Of a stretch of 64,000 nucleotides of DNA, positions 59,639-64,000 are shown piece after piece. The position numbers were made by a program, and so were the translations under genes. The stretch comes from Candidatus Sumerlaeaceae bacterium (GTDB lineage Bacteria; Sumerlaeota; Sumerlaeia; Sumerlaeales; Sumerlaeaceae), in assembly GCA_049968255.1 (NCBI GenBank), contig JBMFRB010000001.1:455433-519432 (forward strand), given 5' to 3'. Positions within the stretch are counted from its first letter, which is position 1. Every line of letters starts with the position of its first letter. Under the pieces are notes generated by a model. It was not told where the DNA came from, made no database searches, and was given only the letters and a program-made list of their open reading frames with translations.

Positions 59639-60121
59639 TCACGGTGCCACCGGGAGGCGTTCCACAGGCTCTTCACCATCAAGGGCGACGCCATCCTGCT
59701 TGTATTTTTTCAGCACGAAATGTGTCTGCGTCTCTTTGACCCCGTCCATTGTGGCGAGTTTCTCGGTGACGAACTTCGCAATCTCTTTTAGGGACTTTGC
59801 TTCCATGAACAGAAGGAAGTCCGAGCCGCCAGACATCAGATAAAGCGAACGCACTTCAGGGAAGCGATAGATGCGCCGTGCAATGCCGTGAAATCCCTCG
59901 CCGCGCGTCGGCGTGACGTGGACTTCGATAATGGCCTCGACAAGCTCTTCGCCGACTGCATCAGGATTGACCAGGGCTTTATAGCCGTAGATAGCGCGCT
60001 TTGCTTCGAGCTCCTTGAGAAGCTGAGCGACGTTGTCGGGCGTAGTGCCCAGACGCGTGGCCAACTGCTCATTCGTCAGCCGCGCATTTTCGCGCAACAA
60101 TTCCATGAGTTTCGATTTCAT
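59639..60121 (-). CDS. Lrp/AsnC-family transcriptional regulator
   Basis: LLRENARLT HTH, YLMSGGSDF, THFVLKKYK; commonly paired with this aminotransferase type. Confidence 0.92.
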   Translation of the reverse strand: MKSKLMELLRENARLTNEQLATRLGTTPDNVAQLLKELEAKRAIYGYKALVNPDAVGEELVEAIIEVHVTPTRGEGFHGIARRIYRFPEVRSLYLMSGGSDFLLFMEAKSLKEIAKFVTEKLATMDGVKETQTHFVLKKYKQDGVALDGEEPVERLPVAP

Positions 60122-60178
60122 GTTCGCTGCTCCTGCGAGAGTGATGAGACCTTGGTCCCCAACCCGTCAGCGAACCCC

Positions 60179-61048
60179 TCACCATTTGTTGAGAAAGCCG
60201 ATCTTCTTAAGCGGCCAGTAGCGGAAGAACGCTTTGCCACGCAGATTCTGATAGGGTAGACCGCCCCAGAATCGGCTATCGTAGCTATTGCCTGTGTTGT
60301 CGCCAAACACGAGCATCTGCCCGGGTGGCACCTTCACAGAGTATTCCACTGTGTTCGGAATTTCATAGCGCTGGTATTTGAAGAATTCTGGCTGCTCGAC
60401 AGGCTTGCCGTTGATACGTAGGCGTTTCTCGCTGTCAATCTCGGCGAGCTCTCCGTCAAATGCAACGGCACGTTTCACGTAGACGCCCTGGTAGCGATTG
60501 TAAGGCTGGACGCGGAACGTATATCCATTGCGGATGTAAGTCGTCGGTTCGCGCTTGAAAGGAACGCGAAACACGACGATGTCGCCGCGGTTAGGTTTAG
60601 CGAACCAGTAGGCGAATTTGTTAACACAAATGTGATGTTCTTCAAGGTGAACATCGCGCTCAATGAGCGAAAGCTGGCTTGGCGTAAGGGAACCGCGCCA
60701 ACGCTTGCCTTCATAAGCATAACGGCCAGTGGTTTCGTCTTTTCGGAAAACTTGGACGAGATCGCTGCCCCTTTCAAGGATCAGCAGGTAATAGCGCTGG
60801 TGGGCTGTTTCATCCACTGCAATGCCTTCGGCCACGTAGTCACCAAGCAGTGTTGGACTCATGGACCCTGAAGGGATTTTGAAGAGCTCGACGGCGAAGG
60901 TGCGAATGAACATGGCAAGCACAAAGGCAAAGACGAGCGCGTCGAGCCATTCGCGAATCACGATGAAAATACCGTGACCGCTCTGCGCTGCCGGCTCGTC
61001 CGCGATCCACTTGCGCGGGGAAGGCTGTGATTCCACCGATCGTGGCAT
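60179..61048 (-). CDS. lepB: Signal peptidase I
   Basis: IPSGSMSPTLLGD (Ser), YVKRAV (Lys), GDNTGNSYDSRFWG. Start moved to ATG 61048. Confidence 0.92.
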   Translation of the reverse strand: MPRSVESQPSPRKWIADEPAAQSGHGIFIVIREWLDALVFAFVLAMFIRTFAVELFKIPSGSMSPTLLGDYVAEGIAVDETAHQRYYLLILERGSDLVQVFRKDETTGRYAYEGKRWRGSLTPSQLSLIERDVHLEEHHICVNKFAYWFAKPNRGDIVVFRVPFKREPTTYIRNGYTFRVQPYNRYQGVYVKRAVAFDGELAEIDSEKRLRINGKPVEQPEFFKYQRYEIPNTVEYSVKVPPGQMLVFGDNTGNSYDSRFWGGLPYQNLRGKAFFRYWPLKKIGFLNKW

Positions 61049-61238
61049 GAACGATTTGGGCACGAGTTCCTTTCGCAATTCGTTGCGCGTCAGCTTGGAG
61101 ATGCCTCTGGTAAACGCAACTACAATGTAGCCTGAAGTCAATTGCAGCGCGAATTGCGCGAACGTGAACACGTAAATGTTAGTTGGCTGCTTGCGTTGTA
61201 GCCGTGGCAAAGACGATATCGCTCGGAGAACTCGCCGA

Positions 61239-62105
61239 ATGTGGCTGATTCAAGCGCTGACTGACATGGCCCATTACGATTTTTGGCGCTACGCCGTGAT
61301 CGGCGGATTGCTGATCTCGCTCGTCTGTGCGGTCTTGTCTGTCTACGTGGTTCTGCGCCGAATGGCGTTCATCGGGCAGGGAATCTCGCACAGCGCATTC
61401 GGTGGGATTGCGTTGGGGCTTTACCTTTTTGGAACGAACAACCATGCGATGCTCGGGGTCTATGCGACGGCCATTGTGTTTTGCGTGCTTGTGGCATGGC
61501 TGATCGCAGGCACCACGCATGAGGGGCACATCACCGAAGACAGTGCCATCGGCATCTTTCTTGTGGTTTCCATGGCTATTGGTATCATTTTCTTCAAGGC
61601 GGCACGCGGCTATAGTCAGGACGCCATGAGTTATCTCTTTGGGAGTGTTCTCGCAATTACTCCTGAAGAATTATGGTTGATTGGAGTGCTGAGTGTCGTG
61701 GTTCTTGTGCCGCTTTTCATTTTTCAAAAAGAGCTACTTTTCTATGCCTTCGATCCGCGCATGGCGCGCGTGGTGGGCATCCCCGTGGATTTTTTGCATT
61801 ATCTATTGCTCACGCTTTTGGCCGTCACGATTGTGATTTCCACGCGGCTCATCGGCATTGTGTTGGTATCTGCGTTTCTTGTTTTGCCGGCAACCACTGG
61901 GCTTTTACTTTGCGCACGCTTCAAAACACTTCTGGTGGTGAGTGTCATCCTTGGCACTTTTTGCACGCTGTTGGGCCTTCTGGCAAGCAGTGCGACCGAT
62001 GTTCCGGCAGGAGCCTCTATTGTGCTTGTGCAGTTCATCTTTTTCCTGGCCGCGATGGGTTGGAAACGTTGGAAACCACAGCTTCAGCCGCATCGCGCGC
62101 CTTGA
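61239..62105 (+). CDS. Metal (Zn/Mn) ABC transporter permease, ZnuB-like
   Basis: VVLRRMAFIGQGISHSAFGG, YLFGSVLAI, FDPRMA, PAGASIV. Confidence 0.92.
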   Translation: MWLIQALTDMAHYDFWRYAVIGGLLISLVCAVLSVYVVLRRMAFIGQGISHSAFGGIALGLYLFGTNNHAMLGVYATAIVFCVLVAWLIAGTTHEGHITEDSAIGIFLVVSMAIGIIFFKAARGYSQDAMSYLFGSVLAITPEELWLIGVLSVVVLVPLFIFQKELLFYAFDPRMARVVGIPVDFLHYLLLTLLAVTIVISTRLIGIVLVSAFLVLPATTGLLLCARFKTLLVVSVILGTFCTLLGLLASSATDVPAGASIVLVQFIFFLAAMGWKRWKPQLQPHRAP

Positions 62106-62167
62106 ATTCTCTTGAGCGTCGCTCGTGAGGAAAGATGTGTAGAAATCGTTAGCTGAGGGCGAAAAGG

Positions 62168-62674
62168 ATGGCAACAACACGTGTGTCTTCATTTGTGCGC
62201 GCCGGCATCGTGGCGGCAATATTTGTGCTGGCGGGGCGCTTGCTCGCGCAGGAGACAACGCAAAGCGCAACCGTGGCAAAAGCTACGCAAACTTCGTACA
62301 CGCTTGAGACCGGCGTGATTTTTCAAGACCTGCGCGTGGGGACAGGTCCAGAACCGCGCCGTGGCCAAATGGTCGGGATTCATTATGAGGGGAGGGTGTT
62401 GTCGACGGGTAAGATGATCGACAACTCGCGCATTAAAATCATTCCAAATCCGCTGCGCATTACTCTGGGCGCGGGAAAACTCATTCCGGGGTTGGAGGAC
62501 GGACTGATCGGGATGCGGCTTGGCGGACGACGCCTCATCGAGATTCCTCCGGATCGAGCTTATGGCGATGCGGGGATCCCGCCGGAAATTCCGCCAAAGG
62601 CACGTTTGCTCTTCGACGTAGAGCTTGTGGAAGTGCGCGACGCAGAAACGACGTCTTCTGCTGCCCAAGAATAG
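62168..62674 (+). CDS. FKBP-type peptidyl-prolyl isomerase (exported)
   Basis: Signal peptide; HYEG, LIPGLEDGLIGM, IPPDRAYG, LLFDVEL. Confidence 0.93.
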   Translation: MATTRVSSFVRAGIVAAIFVLAGRLLAQETTQSATVAKATQTSYTLETGVIFQDLRVGTGPEPRRGQMVGIHYEGRVLSTGKMIDNSRIKIIPNPLRITLGAGKLIPGLEDGLIGMRLGGRRLIEIPPDRAYGDAGIPPEIPPKARLLFDVELVEVRDAETTSSAAQE

Positions 62675-62756
62675 GCAAGGCCACCGGCGCGACCGAGAAT
62701 TGTCCAGAATTGGAGTTGCCAGCTCGCATGACGCTAGCCCATCCTTTGCCGTCGAC

Positions 62757-63566
62757 ATGCTAAAAAACTTCCTTTTGTGGCTTGTGCTCCTGGCATGCGC
62801 AGCAACTCCGCTGTGGCCAGCGCCGACAAAAGCCAGGCACCTTTCGGGGCGTTATGTGTTACCTGAAACTGTGCGTCGGCCGCTTCGGCTACACAACACG
62901 TGTGTGGCTGTGTGTTCTGTGGTGGATCCCACACCGCGTCGCCCGCTCGGTTTTGCGCGGGGAAGTGGCTTCTTTGTCACGCCCTCTCACGTGATGACGT
63001 GTAGGCACCTCTTGAGTGTTCCGTCGCCGACAGGACTTGTGCCTGCCGACCGGGTAATTATCGAGTGGGTGGATGGGCGCCAATGCGAGGCTCGTGTGGT
63101 AGCGACGGAAAAAGCTCACGATCTGGCTCTGCTGCAGCTTGAGGCATGCCGATGGCATGGCAGCCCCGTGAGATTGGTCGAAAGGCCACTGAGCCTGGGA
63201 GAAAGCGTACGCGTCGCAGGACTTTTCGATCCTCGTGGCTTCTGGGTGACGGAGGGCTCCATAACGGCTTTGAATGTGCTCGATGGGTTCGCTATGGCTG
63301 ACGCGAAAGTGCGCAGCGGCTTCAGTGGAGGGCCGGTATTCGATCGAGACGGTAAATTGCTAGGAATGCTAAGCCAGCGCGATGACGCACGAAACGCCAT
63401 TTTCGTGCGCCAAGATGTGCTGCGCACCTTTCTTGAGGCGTGTGGGGTACTGCCATCTCGCGCCTCCGCCGAGAGCGCAGATGTGGTGAGTAGCAGGGAT
63501 TCAGGGGACGGAAAGAAAGTTCCGGGCATCGAACGGAAACTTCCGTCGAAACGTTCGCCGAGATGA
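62757..63566 (+). CDS. Secreted trypsin-like (S1) serine protease
   Basis: Signal peptide; GSGFFV, TCRH, DLALL, GFSGGPVFD triad; no PDZ domain. Confidence 0.88.
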   Translation: MLKNFLLWLVLLACAATPLWPAPTKARHLSGRYVLPETVRRPLRLHNTCVAVCSVVDPTPRRPLGFARGSGFFVTPSHVMTCRHLLSVPSPTGLVPADRVIIEWVDGRQCEARVVATEKAHDLALLQLEACRWHGSPVRLVERPLSLGESVRVAGLFDPRGFWVTEGSITALNVLDGFAMADAKVRSGFSGGPVFDRDGKLLGMLSQRDDARNAIFVRQDVLRTFLEACGVLPSRASAESADVVSSRDSGDGKKVPGIERKLPSKRSPR

Positions 63567-63945
63567 GCCGTAAACGATTCTCTCGCAGCTTTCTGGTGTC
63601 GGTGGTGAATGGCGGCACCTGTTCGCAAGTCTAGGTCAGAGACTGCGGCGCATCGTTACAGCTCAGGAACCATCCGGTCCGGCCGGGAGATGGATTCGGC
63701 CGCATGGCTTGCTGTCGCCGCGAAAAGAGGAACAAGGGCATAGATCAATCATGCATCTCTTGCAGCTCAGTCGCGCATTGGAACGGCACCGGTTGTTAGA
63801 CTGGGCGCGGCAAATCGATACGCGGTCTTAGGAGATACGGATCGGCAGGTCATGTGGTGGTCTTCGCGGCGCTATTCTCGTTTTTCTGCTACTGGGGGGT
63901 GCGAATGAATTTCTCGGCCTCTCTGTAAAAATGAGACGAAACCGA

Positions 63946-64000
63946 GCGGGAGTAGCTCAGTTGGTAGAGCATCAGCTTCCCAAGCTGAGGGTCGCGGGTT
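63946..64000 (+). tRNA. tRNA-Gly(CCC), truncated by the window end
   Basis: GCGGGAG-TA-GCTCAGTTGGTAGAGC-A-TCAGC-TTCCCAA-GCTGA-GGGTC-GCGGG-TT: D arm, CCC anticodon arm, start of T arm. Confidence 0.95.

Noticed and set aside
1-64000. CRISPR arrays, IS elements, prophage, defence systems
   Set aside because: No regularly spaced direct repeats, transposase, integrase, phage structural or nuclease-defence motifs seen. The region beyond the terminal tRNA is not visible.

Overview
Gene-dense chromosomal window from a moderately GC-rich diderm bacterium. The pilin family with a C-terminal YDPTNGTVSxGD motif suggests phylum Sumerlaeota/BRC1, but this is inference from recall, not a search result. 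Housekeeping and metabolic genes dominate: glgC, glgA, thrC, thiE, cysC, nadB, ftsH, phoH, lepB, YraN, an aldehyde dehydrogenase, an Lrp/aminotransferase pair and a truncated tRNA-Gly(CCC) at the right edge. I saw no CRISPR array, transposase, integrase or prophage. The most unusual content: (1) an ~11 kb locus with four radical SAM enzymes (two twitch/SPASM paralogs, two tandem cobalamin-dependent paralogs with coiled-coil tails) around a large uncharacterised secreted protein, possibly a surface glycan/protein tailoring system; (2) a 1613-aa receptor-like Ser/Thr kinase with type-I topology (signal peptide, FG-GAP propeller, TM, TPR array, C-terminal kinase); (3) two lineage-type pilins flanking a GT-C glycosyltransferase; (4) a tiny secreted Cys-rich peptide whose mature form would begin HCGKC; (5) nrfHA with a CXXCH first heme motif and a perfect FNR-type box; (6) a divergent mglA-mglB pair. 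Several start codons were moved from the ORF track to more plausible positions.
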